Assembly (NCBI GenBank): GCA_965649055.1
Contig: CBFGJG010000002.1
Span: 51,920 to 89,987, forward strand
DNA from: a candidate division WOR-3 bacterium
GTDB taxonomy: Bacteria > Hydrothermota > UBA3072 > B12-G15
Direction of reading: 5' to 3'
DNA: 38,068 nucleotides
Part shown: positions 8,541 through 18,760 of the stretch, piece by piece
How positions within the stretch are numbered: position 1 is the first letter of the stretch
How the letters are laid out: each line of letters starts with the position of its first letter
The notes under the pieces: model-generated
What the model saw: the letters and a program-made list of their open reading frames with translations, nothing else
What the model was told of the DNA's origin: nothing
Database searches by the model: none
Translations under genes and position numbers: made by a program

Positions 8541-9293
8541 TTATTCAAGCTTTTCTATTTTTATTCTATTCTCTGTAAATTCAGGTATAAATATAATAAG
8601 GTCCTTCAAAAAGAAATCCGCAGGTGAAACAAGGTTTTGTATCAATACAATCTTCTTCCCATCTATTATTTGATATATATTACCATCCCAAGAAGAAACT
8701 GTTATAATTCCATTTTCAACATGTAAACCGTCAAGTTCTGATAAACCTGAAAATACTATTTTTTTACTTTGGAAATCAATGTCATATTTTATTATCTCAC
8801 CGCTTCCCCATGTCGCAATATAAACATTATTATCCTCACAGAATATACCATTAGGTCCACCTGGGACATTGTAAACCTTTTTTAGTTTCAGTTTATTATC
8901 CTTGAAAATCACCCTGTATACATAATTGTTCTTTGAATCAGTAACAAGAACCACTGAATCAAAAACAAATATATCATTCAGGAAAGAACCTTTTGGCTCA
9001 ACCACAGGTAGTGAATCAATAAAATTACCATCTTTATCGTAAACACAAACCTTATCAATATCTGTCAAGAACAGGTATTTACCGGAACCATAAATTCCTT
9101 TTGGAGCATTCAATCCTTTTATAAAATCTTTCTTTACAATCTGGCCATTTTTCTTTATCTTTGCAATATAACCATTTCCATCTTTTTTTGTTGGTGAACC
9201 ATTTATACAGGAAACATATGCAAATTCTCCATCAAAAAATATACTTTCAGGTGTATCAAAATTCTCAATCAATAAAGAAAAAATTAAAAACAT
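8541..9293 (-). CDS. Exported beta-propeller, SMP-30/gluconolactonase-like (often annotated periplasmic ATP/GTP-binding protein)
   Basis: FDTPESI, YVSCING.PTKKDGNGYI, GLNAPKG, FLNDI, GGPNGI, LDGL, SPADF; SD AGGAGG. Confidence 0.8.
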   Translation of the reverse strand: MFLIFSLLIENFDTPESIFFDGEFAYVSCINGSPTKKDGNGYIAKIKKNGQIVKKDFIKGLNAPKGIYGSGKYLFLTDIDKVCVYDKDGNFIDSLPVVEPKGSFLNDIFVFDSVVLVTDSKNNYVYRVIFKDNKLKLKKVYNVPGGPNGIFCEDNNVYIATWGSGEIIKYDIDFQSKKIVFSGLSELDGLHVENGIITVSSWDGNIYQIIDGKKIVLIQNLVSPADFFLKDLIIFIPEFTENRIKIEKLE

Positions 9294-9304
9294 AGAACCT
9301 CCTT

Positions 9305-10750
9305 TTAGAGTTCTATTCCTTTTCTCTTTAATATTTTTTTAAGCATCTCTACAATTTCAGGGTCAAATTCCTTCTCCTGAGAACTTTCTATTTCCGAAAA
9401 AGCCTCCTTCTCTGTTTTTCCATTCGCAAGAAGTTCTTCAAATTTATTGGCAACTGCAATTATTCTTGAACCTATCGGAATATTATCAGAAGAAAGACCT
9501 TCAGGAACTCCCTTACCATCATATCTTTCATTCAGATGTTTAATAAACCTTGCTGCATTCTTTAAGAATTTAATCGGACTTATTACCTGCTCGCTTATAG
9601 CATAACTTTTCTCTTTATCAACAATCTCACCAAGGTCATGAAGTAAAGCAGCGTATCTAATATCTGTTATGTACTCATCTGTTAATTTAAGTTCATTTGC
9701 AATCCTGACAGACAGGTCTGCTACCTTTAATGAATGCTCTTTTAAATCAGGTTTAACTGCCTCTTCAAGCTTAAGAAGTGAAGTGAGTGCTTCGACATAA
9801 CTTGCCTTTAATGACTCAAAAAGTATTGAATTATGTATGGCAACGGCGGAATATGAAGCGATTGTTTCTATAATTTCTTTCATACTTGCAGGTTCTTCTG
9901 TATCTATACATATAACACCAAGTTTTTCATCCCCGAACCTTATCGAAGAACAGATGTTATTTTTATATGTCCAGGCAGTTGTGTTATCAATTAAACCATA
10001 TGGTCTTTCACCAATTGGGATTACTGTTCCTGGTTTCAAATTAAATTTATCATCAACCTTGCTGACAACCAGATTATTCTTTCTCCTGTCAATAAGCATT
10101 AATGCACATGAATCCGAACCGGTAATATTCTTTGTTTCTTCAAAGATTATGTTTATTATCTTTGAAAGGTTAAATTCAGAAGATAAAGTTCTTGAAAAAC
10201 TGTTTAATTTTTGTAATTCCTGTATTTTTTCCTCAAGTTCTTTATCTACGAGTGCTTTCTTTTCTTCAAGCATCTTATTTGTTTCAGAGAGTGCATCGTT
10301 AACTTCCTGTAATTCTGCAAGAAGTATCTTTTTTTCGACTATGAGTATTCTTCTTTCAAGTGCATTCTTTACTATTGTTTTCAGTTGTTCTGCGGATTCA
10401 AAAGGCTTATTTATATAATCATATGCACCCTCACGGACCGCTGCAACGGCTGTTTCCAGTGAAGCAAAACCTGTCATCATAATAACCTGAATATCCTGGT
10501 CTATCCTCTTAATCTCTGTCAGGACCTCAATACCTGAAATATCTGGTAATTTGATATCAAGGAGAACAACATCAGGTATAAAAGATTGTGCTGTAATTAT
10601 ACCTTCTCTTCCAGTATTTGCTCTTTTTATTTCAAGTTCACTGAAATATTCTTTTAGATCAAAAAGTATCTTTTCAATAAACTCTGCAAGTGTCTCTTCA
10701 TCGTCAATTATTAATATTTTTCTTGGTTCTGGAGATAAAATATCATCCAT
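9305..10750 (-). CDS. Response regulator: REC, coiled coil, GAF, degenerate HD-GYP domain
   Basis: ILIIDDE, VVLLDIKLPD, MMTGF, YINKPF (REC); heptad-rich linker; GAF ending AVAIHNS; HSLKV, ALLHDLG, HLNERYDGKGVPEGL, IPIGSRIIAVA, EFDPEIV. Confidence 0.88.
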   Translation of the reverse strand: MDDILSPEPRKILIIDDEETLAEFIEKILFDLKEYFSELEIKRANTGREGIITAQSFIPDVVLLDIKLPDISGIEVLTEIKRIDQDIQVIMMTGFASLETAVAAVREGAYDYINKPFESAEQLKTIVKNALERRILIVEKKILLAELQEVNDALSETNKMLEEKKALVDKELEEKIQELQKLNSFSRTLSSEFNLSKIINIIFEETKNITGSDSCALMLIDRRKNNLVVSKVDDKFNLKPGTVIPIGERPYGLIDNTTAWTYKNNICSSIRFGDEKLGVICIDTEEPASMKEIIETIASYSAVAIHNSILFESLKASYVEALTSLLKLEEAVKPDLKEHSLKVADLSVRIANELKLTDEYITDIRYAALLHDLGEIVDKEKSYAISEQVISPIKFLKNAARFIKHLNERYDGKGVPEGLSSDNIPIGSRIIAVANKFEELLANGKTEKEAFSEIESSQEKEFDPEIVEMLKKILKRKGIEL

Positions 10751-12518
10751 TATGCCTCCTTGGGAGTGTTATTATGAAGGTTGTTCCACCAGATTCATTG
10801 TTATAAAATTCTATTTTGCCTTTATGGTCAGTAATAATCCTGTGAGAAATAGAAAGTCCGAGTCCGGTTCCTTTACTTTTTGTTGTGAAGAATGGATTAA
10901 AGATTTTATCCTTTATATCATCTTTAATCCCACAACCTGTATCAATAAAATTTATCTTTATGTTGTCTTTTTCCCTTTCAAATTTAATAGTAATCTTTCC
11001 TTTATTATCCATAGCATCTATACTATTCTGAATCAGGTTTGTGAAAACCTCTCCTAACTGGTCTTCATCCCCTTCTATATAAATATTTTGATCACCTTGT
11101 ATATTGAATATTATATCTTTTTCACCAATCATATTTTTAAAATTGAATACAATTTTTGATATACAATTGTAAAGGTTGAAATTTTTAAGCCTGACCGGTG
11201 GCCTTCTTGCATATATTATCATATCCTTAACAATTCTTTCAACCTTATTTATCTCTTTTACTATCATCTCATAGTTTTTCATCTCATCTGGATTCTTCTC
11301 TTTCTTTTTTAGATATTCAATACCTGCTTTAACAGCCGCTAACGGGTTTCTAATCTCATGTGCCATACTTGCAGCCATTTCACCAAGAACTGCAAGCCTC
11401 TCCTGTAATTTCATCCTCTCCTCAAGTTCCCTTATTTCAGTAAGGTCTCTTATCAAGAACAATGCACCTATCACCTTTTTACCATCAATTATAGGTGCAC
11501 CTGAATAACCGAAGTATTTCTCTTTAAAGAAAAATGTCTTTCTGTTTACAGGATTCCCTTCGATTGGTTTTTTCATATCCTGGACATTGAAATACTCATA
11601 TATAAATTTACCACAAATATCCTCTCCAAGCCATCCTTTGATAAAATTATTGCTTCTAATAACCTTCCCGTTTTCATCTGTAATTATTAATCCAGTATTT
11701 ATGTTTTCAATAATAAGGGATGTCATAAACTGCTCTTTCTTCAGGTTGTTTAAAGAATTCATATTCCATAGGAACATTCCAAAAAGATATGATATATCTT
11801 CTGCAAATAAAATTTCAATGTTTGAGAAACCATTCTTTATATCTTTTCCAAGGTCAAGAACACCTATTTTTTCATCTCCAAACAATATTGGAATCGAGAG
11901 TTCACTGTTTATTCCGTAGATACCGCTCAGATAAAACGGACATTTCTCAACATCCTGAATAAGATAAACCTTTGATTCCTTAAATGTCTTTGTTGTAACA
12001 GTATCTCTGTATAGGGGAATACTGAATTCCTTCAATTCTTGAGGGACAACTGCATATAATGAAGATAATTTCAAATAATCATCATTTTTTATCAAAATAC
12101 CCGCATAAGTGAGATTCATCTCTTTTACAATCTTTTTTAAAATCTTTTTAAAGGATATTTCCCCTTTTATTGAAAGTGATTTTAGAAGATTTGATATTGA
12201 AGAGAATTTGTATTCAAATTCTTTAATATTCCTATCGATGTTAATTCTTTCAAGAAACATATTGAGAAAAGTGCCCAGAAGATTTTTTTCTTTCTCATCC
12301 AGATTATCTTTAAAGGTAAAATATACTTCCTTTTTACCAACCTTAATTGTTTTTATATCCTTTGTATTATATTTAGAAATCTTTTTCTGTATAGAAACGA
12401 ATAAACTCAAATTTTCCTCAAGAAATTCTATTATTTCCTGATCAGTTAAATGATAGATCTCTTTGCTTCTTGTGTACAGCCTGTTAGCTATCTCAGATAA
12501 ATCATTTAAAAAATTCAT
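10743..12518 (-). CDS. Soluble sensor histidine kinase (GAF-PAS-HisKA-HATPase)
   Basis: SELSIPI..IGVLDL (GAF); IIENINTGLIITD (PAS); MAHEIRNPL, FTNLIQNS, DTGCGI, FNPFFTTK, GTGLGL; no transmembrane segment seen. Confidence 0.92.
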   Translation of the reverse strand: MNFLNDLSEIANRLYTRSKEIYHLTDQEIIEFLEENLSLFVSIQKKISKYNTKDIKTIKVGKKEVYFTFKDNLDEKEKNLLGTFLNMFLERINIDRNIKEFEYKFSSISNLLKSLSIKGEISFKKILKKIVKEMNLTYAGILIKNDDYLKLSSLYAVVPQELKEFSIPLYRDTVTTKTFKESKVYLIQDVEKCPFYLSGIYGINSELSIPILFGDEKIGVLDLGKDIKNGFSNIEILFAEDISYLFGMFLWNMNSLNNLKKEQFMTSLIIENINTGLIITDENGKVIRSNNFIKGWLGEDICGKFIYEYFNVQDMKKPIEGNPVNRKTFFFKEKYFGYSGAPIIDGKKVIGALFLIRDLTEIRELEERMKLQERLAVLGEMAASMAHEIRNPLAAVKAGIEYLKKKEKNPDEMKNYEMIVKEINKVERIVKDMIIYARRPPVRLKNFNLYNCISKIVFNFKNMIGEKDIIFNIQGDQNIYIEGDEDQLGEVFTNLIQNSIDAMDNKGKITIKFEREKDNIKINFIDTGCGIKDDIKDKIFNPFFTTKSKGTGLGLSISHRIITDHKGKIEFYNNESGGTTFIITLPRRHNG

Positions 12519-12781
12519 CCTCCCACCAGATTTTTTAATCTTTCATTTGCGAGTTCATGTTGAGGCTCTTTTTCAAGGCATTTCTCATAATATTTCTTAG
12601 CCTCTATCTCATCCCTTATACTCTCATAAGCCAATCCAAGAAGATAAAATAATTCTGCATCATCAAGCCCCTGCTTCTCTGCTTTCTTTAATGCATCTAT
12701 TGCCTCTTTAAATTTTTGGTTTAAAAGATAAAAATGTCCGAGTTCCTTTAATTCATTTGCATCGTTTCTTTTTTTACTCAG
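12515..12781 (-). CDS. 88-aa tetratricopeptide-repeat protein with probable CTG start (missing from ORF track)
   Basis: AAGGAGG-TTAT-CTG then SKKRNDANELKELGHFYLLNQKFKEAIDALKKAEKQGLDDAELFYLLGLAYESIRDEIEAKKYYEKCLEKEPQHELANERLKNLVGG; its TGA overlaps the kinase ATG (ATGA); two clear TPR motifs. Confidence 0.85.
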   Translation of the reverse strand: MSKKRNDANELKELGHFYLLNQKFKEAIDALKKAEKQGLDDAELFYLLGLAYESIRDEIEAKKYYEKCLEKEPQHELANERLKNLVGG

Positions 12782-12791
12782 ATAACCTCCT

Positions 12792-13478
12792 TTATAACCT
12801 GTTTATCCTATCAAGGTCTTCATATCTACCTATCAATACGAGAACATCACCATCTATTATCTTATCTGAACCTGATGGAGATATTATAACTTCTTCATTC
12901 AGAATTGTTCTCCCACTTTCTATTATCTCCGGATTTTTCCTCTTTATTGCTATAACATTAACACCATATTCTTTTCTTATGTTTATTTCTTCAAGGGTTT
13001 TATCAATAAATCTTTTTGGGGCTATTATTTCAACAAGTCCATAATCTTTCGAAAGGTCTATGTGTTCAAAAATAGTAGGATTTGCGATACTACTTGCAAG
13101 TTTTATAGCACTATCTCTTTCAGGGAAAATAATCTTGTCTGCGCCTATTTTTCTAAGAATCTTTGCCTGAAGGCTGTTTACTGCTTTTGCATAAATATAT
13201 TTAACACCAAGGTCTTTAAGGTTCATTGTTATTATGAGACTTGCTGCAATATCATTTCCAACGCTTACAATTGCAATATCAAAATTCTGGACACCAGCAT
13301 CTTCAAGAACTTTAATATCTGTTGCATCCCCTAAAATAGCATTTGTAACATAATCAGAGATACTCTCTACTTTGTCGTTATCCTTATCTATAACGAGGAC
13401 ACTCAGTTTGCTATTTGAAAGCTCTGTTGCCACTGTATATCCAAAAGCACCAAGTCCAATCACAACAACATCTTTCAT
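12792..13478 (-). CDS. trkA: Trk/Ktr potassium uptake regulatory subunit (TrkA/KtrA; RCK_N and RCK_C)
   Basis: VVIGLGAFG, GDATD, AKA, KIGADKIIFPERD, YGVNVIAIKR, GDVLVLIG. Confidence 0.92.
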   Translation of the reverse strand: MKDVVVIGLGAFGYTVATELSNSKLSVLVIDKDNDKVESISDYVTNAILGDATDIKVLEDAGVQNFDIAIVSVGNDIAASLIITMNLKDLGVKYIYAKAVNSLQAKILRKIGADKIIFPERDSAIKLASSIANPTIFEHIDLSKDYGLVEIIAPKRFIDKTLEEINIRKEYGVNVIAIKRKNPEIIESGRTILNEEVIISPSGSDKIIDGDVLVLIGRYEDLDRINRL

Positions 13479-13482
13479 TTTT

Positions 13483-14853
13483 TCACCCCACTTGCATTTT
13501 TGAGATTGTTAATTTATATCTTTCGGCTTTCTTTTTTATTATAGATGAAGTTATTGTTAAAGCACCAACCCTTCCCAATATCATCAGAGATATAATAACT
13601 ACCTTACCGGTAATTGAAAAATCAGCAGATAGGCTTAAATTCTCAAAATTTTCCGAACCTGTTGAAAGCCCAACTGTTCCAAAAGCTGAAATTACTTCAA
13701 ACAGGATTGGCAGAAATCCTTTTTCATAATATATTTTGTTCTCAGTAACAATAAGTATACCTGCCATAATTATTATATAAAATAAAGTTAATATTAATAT
13801 TATGAAAGCCCTGTTTATTGTTTCCTGTGACAATCTCCTGTTAATGAAATTCGTATCCTCTTTTCCTTTTATGTTAGAATATAACCAGAATAAAATAATA
13901 CCAAATGTGGTCGTTTTAATACCTCCACCTGTTCCACCGGGTGATGCACCTATATACATAGCTATTAGAAAAATATAAAGTGTAATTGGGAGAAGTTTAC
14001 CTACATTCACAAGGTTAAATCCCGCTGTTCTTGGGGTTGAAGCCATAAAAAAAGAGGTCAATATTTTTTCTTTTATATTCAATCCTGAGAGTGTATTATT
14101 CCATTCAAATATCATAAAAAAAAATGTTATAGAAGATAGGAGTATAAATGTCATGAACAAAACCATTTTTGTTTGAGAATATGTATGTTTTTTCATTTTT
14201 ATTAACCTCAAACCTATATCCCTAATGGTTATAAAACCAAGACCACCTGTTATAAAAAGAAATGCTATTGTTAAAGGAATAACAGGATACTTATAATAAC
14301 CGTGGAGATTTGAACTTATCGAGCTAAATCCAGCATTACAGAATGCACTCACTGCATGGAAGATTGAATGCTTCAAAGCAATCCCCAATGGAAAAATTTC
14401 TATGAAAGAAGAATACAGTATGATTATTCCCATTATTTCAACAGTTATGGTTGTTAATATTATCCATTTGACAACCCTTTTCACATCACCAAGTTCATCT
14501 ATATGGTATTCCTCTTTTGTAATAGTAAGGTCTTTCATAGTCAATCTTCTTCTCAACATAATACCGATAATATTTGAAAAAACCATATAACCAAGACCAC
14601 CTACTTGAATAAGAATTAATATTATTATCTTGCCCAGCAGAGTAAAATCAATAGCTGTATCCCTTACGATCAAACCTGTTACACAGAATGCAGACGCAGA
14701 TGTAAACAGTGCATCAATATATGTTATATTCCTTGAAGAATAAGGCAGGTAAAGAAAAAGTGAACCTGCAAAGATTATAATAAGATAAACAGTCAATATA
14801 ACCCTTGAAGGATTTAATGTATTTCTTCTCTCTCTGTTATTAAAAAATTTCAT
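13483..14853 (-). CDS. trkH: Trk/Ktr potassium uptake membrane subunit (TrkH/KtrB)
   Basis: Four pore-loop motifs [51 protein letters not shown]. Confidence 0.93.
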   Translation of the reverse strand: MKFFNNRERRNTLNPSRVILTVYLIIIFAGSLFLYLPYSSRNITYIDALFTSASAFCVTGLIVRDTAIDFTLLGKIIILILIQVGGLGYMVFSNIIGIMLRRRLTMKDLTITKEEYHIDELGDVKRVVKWIILTTITVEIMGIIILYSSFIEIFPLGIALKHSIFHAVSAFCNAGFSSISSNLHGYYKYPVIPLTIAFLFITGGLGFITIRDIGLRLIKMKKHTYSQTKMVLFMTFILLSSITFFFMIFEWNNTLSGLNIKEKILTSFFMASTPRTAGFNLVNVGKLLPITLYIFLIAMYIGASPGGTGGGIKTTTFGIILFWLYSNIKGKEDTNFINRRLSQETINRAFIILILTLFYIIIMAGILIVTENKIYYEKGFLPILFEVISAFGTVGLSTGSENFENLSLSADFSITGKVVIISLMILGRVGALTITSSIIKKKAERYKLTISKMQVG

Positions 14854-16076
14854 TGAGCTCTTTTAACTGATTTCGTGATATAAATTGGCTCTTTACCATT
14901 TATAATAACGTCTTTATTAACAATACATTCTTTTACATCAGGCATATCAGGAATCTTATACATAATATCAATCATAATCTCTTCAATAACATTTCTTAAT
15001 CCTCTTGCACCTGTTTTTAGTTTAAGTGTTTTCTCAGCAACCGCTTCAATTGCTGCGTTATCAAAAGTAAGTTTAACACCATCAAGTTCAATAAGTTTTT
15101 CATATTGTTTTAGCAATGCATTTTTCGGCTCTGTTAAAATCCTTACAAGGTCATTCTTAGATAATGAATGGAGAGAACAAACAATAGGGAACCTTCCAAC
15201 AAGTTCAGGTATCATACCAAATTTAATCAAATCATCAGGTTCAATATAATTCATTACATCATCCCATTTTTCTTTTTTATCTTCTTCCTTTGTTTTGAAT
15301 CCTATTGACTTTTTCCCTATTCTGTTTTTTATAATATTCTCAATACCATCAAATGTTCCGCCACCTATAAAAAGAATATCCTTTGTATTAACCCTTATGA
15401 ATTCCTGTTCTGGATGTTTTCTTCCACCCTGTGGTGGAACATTTATAATATCACCTTCAAGCATCTTCAGTAATGCCTGTTGAACGCCTTCACCTGATAC
15501 ATCCCTTGTAATAGATGGATTCTCTGATTTTCTCCCTATTTTATCTATCTCATCAATATAAACAATCCCTGTTTCAGCGACGGGTAATTTGTAGTTGCAG
15601 GATTGAAGTAATCTCACAAGAAGGTTTTCAACATCTTCACCAACATATCCGGCTTCTGTCAACGCAGTTGCATCACCTATAGCAAGTGGAACATTAAGAA
15701 TCTTCGCAAGAACCTGCACAATATATGTTTTTCCAACACCTGTTGGTCCAATTAAAAGTATATTACTTTTCTCTATCTGCGTATCGTCTTTTCTTTTTCT
15801 GTTCATTATCCTTTTATAATGATTATACACAGAGACAGCGATAACCTTTTTTGCCTTTTCCTGACCTATAACATACTCATCAAGATGTTTTTTTATTGTT
15901 TGTGGTTTCAGAAGTTTAAAACCACTTCCCCTTTCATCAAGTTCTGTATCCTTAAGAACATCGGATATCAAGCCAGCACACTCTGAACAGATATACGAAT
16001 TATCAATACCCTTAACCATCTTCTCTATCTCTTCGTATGATTTTCCACAGAAAGAACATCTAATTTCCTTTGGCAC
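14850..16076 (-). CDS. clpX: ATP-dependent Clp protease ATP-binding subunit ClpX
   Basis: CSFC..CSEC zinc domain, [46 protein letters not shown] loop, TGARGLR. Confidence 0.98.
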   Translation of the reverse strand: MPKEIRCSFCGKSYEEIEKMVKGIDNSYICSECAGLISDVLKDTELDERGSGFKLLKPQTIKKHLDEYVIGQEKAKKVIAVSVYNHYKRIMNRKRKDDTQIEKSNILLIGPTGVGKTYIVQVLAKILNVPLAIGDATALTEAGYVGEDVENLLVRLLQSCNYKLPVAETGIVYIDEIDKIGRKSENPSITRDVSGEGVQQALLKMLEGDIINVPPQGGRKHPEQEFIRVNTKDILFIGGGTFDGIENIIKNRIGKKSIGFKTKEEDKKEKWDDVMNYIEPDDLIKFGMIPELVGRFPIVCSLHSLSKNDLVRILTEPKNALLKQYEKLIELDGVKLTFDNAAIEAVAEKTLKLKTGARGLRNVIEEIMIDIMYKIPDMPDVKECIVNKDVIINGKEPIYITKSVKRAQ

Positions 16077-16674
16077 TTATTTCTCCTCTTTTCATAATGA
16101 CTTCATCAACAATCCCGTATTCTTTTGCTTCCTGTGCAGACATCCAGTAATCTCTTTCTGTATCCTTTTCAATCTTCTTTAGCGATTGTTTTGTATGTAA
16201 AGCAAGTATCTCATTTATTAAATTCCTTATTTTGATTATCTCGTCCGCATGTATTTTAATATCCAGAGCAGTCCCTTGAATTCCTCCCATTGGTTGATGA
16301 AGAAGTATTCTTGAATGTGGTAATGTGTATCTTTTTCCGGGAGAACCAGCAGCAAGAAGCAAAGCTGCCATGCTTGCAGCCATACCTATACATATAGTAG
16401 AAACATCTGGTTTTATATACTGCATTGTATCATATATTGCAAGACCTGCTGATACAACCCCACCAGGACTATTTATATAAAGATACACATCCTTTTCAGG
16501 GTCCTGTGCTTCGAGAAAAAGAAGCTGGGCAATAATAACATTTGCGATATTTTCATCAACTATTGAACCAAGAAATATAATTCTGTCCTTGAGGAGCCTG
16601 GAATATATATCGTATGCCCTTTCACCATGTGTTGTTCTTTCTATAACAAAAGGAATCTGGTTTATTATACTCAT
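16060..16674 (-). CDS. clpP: ATP-dependent Clp protease proteolytic subunit ClpP
   Basis: [38 protein letters not shown]. Confidence 0.98.
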   Translation of the reverse strand: MSIINQIPFVIERTTHGERAYDIYSRLLKDRIIFLGSIVDENIANVIIAQLLFLEAQDPEKDVYLYINSPGGVVSAGLAIYDTMQYIKPDVSTICIGMAASMAALLLAAGSPGKRYTLPHSRILLHQPMGGIQGTALDIKIHADEIIKIRNLINEILALHTKQSLKKIEKDTERDYWMSAQEAKEYGIVDEVIMKRGEISAKGN

Positions 16675-17768
16675 TTTTTTATAACCTCCTTTATGAGAAA
16701 ATCAACAGCTTTATCCCTTAACATAATCATCTTAAGTTCTTCCTTGTATTGAAGTAATTTTTCTTCATCAATCTTTCCGTCTGATATCTCCGAGATTTTT
16801 CTATCTATATCTTCATCTGTTATCTCAAGTTTCTCCTTCAATACTATTGAATCAATAAGCAACATTTTTTTTGCCTCATTTTTTGCTGTATTTTTTTCCT
16901 TGAATTCCATTTCAAATCTCTTTATAAGGACTTCGGGGACTTCAATATCATATTCATCAATAAGATTCTGTAATATCTTATCTTTTATCTTTTCCTGCAG
17001 ATTCTCCTTCCTTTCTTTTTCAAGCTCTTCTTTCAAACTCTTTTTTATCTCTTCAAGGCTGTTAAAACCAAGTGTTTTTGCAAATTCGTCATTAACTTCT
17101 GGAAGAATCTTTTCTTTCACATCCAGTATCTTTATCTTAAGATTACCTTTCTTACCTCTGAACTCATCGATAAAAAAATCATCCGAAAATTCAACTTCTA
17201 CCTCATCTTCCTCATCCTGTTTCATACCCTTTATTAATTTTGAAAGTTCATCTTCTTTAACCTCGTGTGAGTAATTCGTGATTTTTTCACCTTCCATTTC
17301 CAGATCAAGAAGGACAACATCATCTTTTTTTATCTTCCTTTTGACGGGTTTCAATAAAGCATTCACCTCTCTTAGCTTCTCTATTTCCTTCAAAACATCT
17401 TCTTCGGTAACCTCTTCCCTTGGAATGTCCTTTGAAAGTTTTGAGTAATCAATATCAATTTTAGGCGGGACTTCCATCTCTATTTTTATCTTCACATCAT
17501 CATTCTCTTTCTTTAAATCCTTAACAGCAGGTCCATAATAAATAAAAGGCTTATACTGATTTATAATCTCTTCGAGTTTTTGAGTTGCAAGTTCCTGAAA
17601 CGTTTCAGATTCAAGTTCTTTCTTAAATCTTGTCTTTATTATATAGTTTGGAGCCTTCCCAAGTCTGAAACCAGGAACAAAAAAATCTTTCCTGTGTTTC
17701 TCAATTATTTCATCCATTTTTTTTGATATTTCATCATTTTTCAATTCAATCTCATATTCTATACCCAT
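16671..17768 (-). CDS. tig: Trigger factor (short form)
   Basis: Ribosome-binding signature [20 protein letters not shown]; tRNA-Leu/tig/clpP/clpX synteny. Confidence 0.9.
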   Translation of the reverse strand: MGIEYEIELKNDEISKKMDEIIEKHRKDFFVPGFRLGKAPNYIIKTRFKKELESETFQELATQKLEEIINQYKPFIYYGPAVKDLKKENDDVKIKIEMEVPPKIDIDYSKLSKDIPREEVTEEDVLKEIEKLREVNALLKPVKRKIKKDDVVLLDLEMEGEKITNYSHEVKEDELSKLIKGMKQDEEDEVEVEFSDDFFIDEFRGKKGNLKIKILDVKEKILPEVNDEFAKTLGFNSLEEIKKSLKEELEKERKENLQEKIKDKILQNLIDEYDIEVPEVLIKRFEMEFKEKNTAKNEAKKMLLIDSIVLKEKLEITDEDIDRKISEISDGKIDEEKLLQYKEELKMIMLRDKAVDFLIKEVIKK

Positions 17769-17788
17769 AATTTATCCTTTCTTTTTTA

Positions 17789-17871
17789 TGCGAGAGGGGG
17801 GACTTGAACCCCCAAGCCTGAAGGCACTGGATCCTAAATCCAGCGCGTATGCCAGATTCCGCCACTCTCGC
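17789..17871 (-). tRNA. tRNA-Leu (anticodon TAG), CCA not encoded
   Basis: GCGAGAG acceptor stem pairs with CTCTCGC plus discriminator A; D arm TGGCGGAATCTGGCATACGC; anticodon arm CTGGA-TTTAGGA-TCCAG; long variable arm; T arm GGGGG-TTCAAGT-CCCCC. Confidence 0.97.
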
Positions 17872-17883
17872 TATATTATATAC

Positions 17884-17911
17884 ATTTTATATTATTATAA
17901 AATAATGTCAA
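17884..17911 (-). promoter_or_regulatory. Sigma70-type promoter for the tRNA-Leu/tig/clpPX operon
   Basis: TTGACA (17911-17906), 16 bp, TAAAAT (17889-17884), 12 nt before the tRNA 5' end. Confidence 0.7.
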
Positions 17912-17936
17912 GTGGTGATTTAATCAAATGGACTGA

Positions 17937-18752
17937 TTAGAATTTTAATCCAAAGGTATGGTTTATGCCAAATATTCCGGAAAACAAAACATTGTATGTT
18001 ATATTAATACTTCCCTTTTTTATACCCAAACCAAATATAAAACCATTAAGGACGTCGCCACCCTCACCAGAATTTAAATCTTTATTTCTGTTAAATCCTG
18101 CATTGAATGTGATATTTCCTGAGAGATTATAATTAAAACCTAAAGCAAACGCAAAAGGATACATTAAATCAAATCCAATGTATTTAATATTATCCCTGTA
18201 AACAAAACCTATCCTTAACTCACCTGGCATAGCATATCTGTAATCTATTAAAGGTTTGAATATATAGCCAAAATTTCTCAATAATAAACCTGTATGAATT
18301 TTATCATTTAAAGAATATATCATTCCAAGATTCACACCAAAACCATAAGTTGAATAATTCAAAACCTTTTCGTAAGGGGTAAATAAAGATGCACCTATAT
18401 TTAACTTATTGAAATTCTTATTAATACAAAAATATGGAACAAGATTTGCATCATAAAAAACACCAAGTGATTCACCCATAGTATCCCTTTCTATCATCTT
18501 CCCGCCATTAAAAATGACTGTTCCTAAACCTATGGAATTATTAAATAAATCTAAACCTTTACTGAATGTGATAATATCACTACCAATATATCTATAATAA
18601 GATACTGAAAAATCCTTTCCCATTCCTGCAGGGTTCAAAAATATCTGGAAAGACTCATATTTAAAACCAGTTACAGCATTACCTTTACTTATTGAGAATG
18701 CAGATATAGGGCTATTCAGGAATTCAAAGGAAGCAAGCAATATTAAAGTCAT
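17937..18752 (-). CDS. PorV/PorQ-family outer-membrane beta-barrel (FadL-like fold)
   Basis: N-terminal SPISAFSISKGNAVTG..IFLNPAGM matches the PorV-family A...MG.A..NPAG pattern; FNGGKMIERD..G; GFGVNLG, LRNFG, LRIG; C-terminal HTFGLKF. Confidence 0.7.
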   Translation of the reverse strand: MTLILLASFEFLNSPISAFSISKGNAVTGFKYESFQIFLNPAGMGKDFSVSYYRYIGSDIITFSKGLDLFNNSIGLGTVIFNGGKMIERDTMGESLGVFYDANLVPYFCINKNFNKLNIGASLFTPYEKVLNYSTYGFGVNLGMIYSLNDKIHTGLLLRNFGYIFKPLIDYRYAMPGELRIGFVYRDNIKYIGFDLMYPFAFALGFNYNLSGNITFNAGFNRNKDLNSGEGGDVLNGFIFGLGIKKGSINITYNVLFSGIFGINHTFGLKF

Positions 18753-18760
18753 CTAACCTC

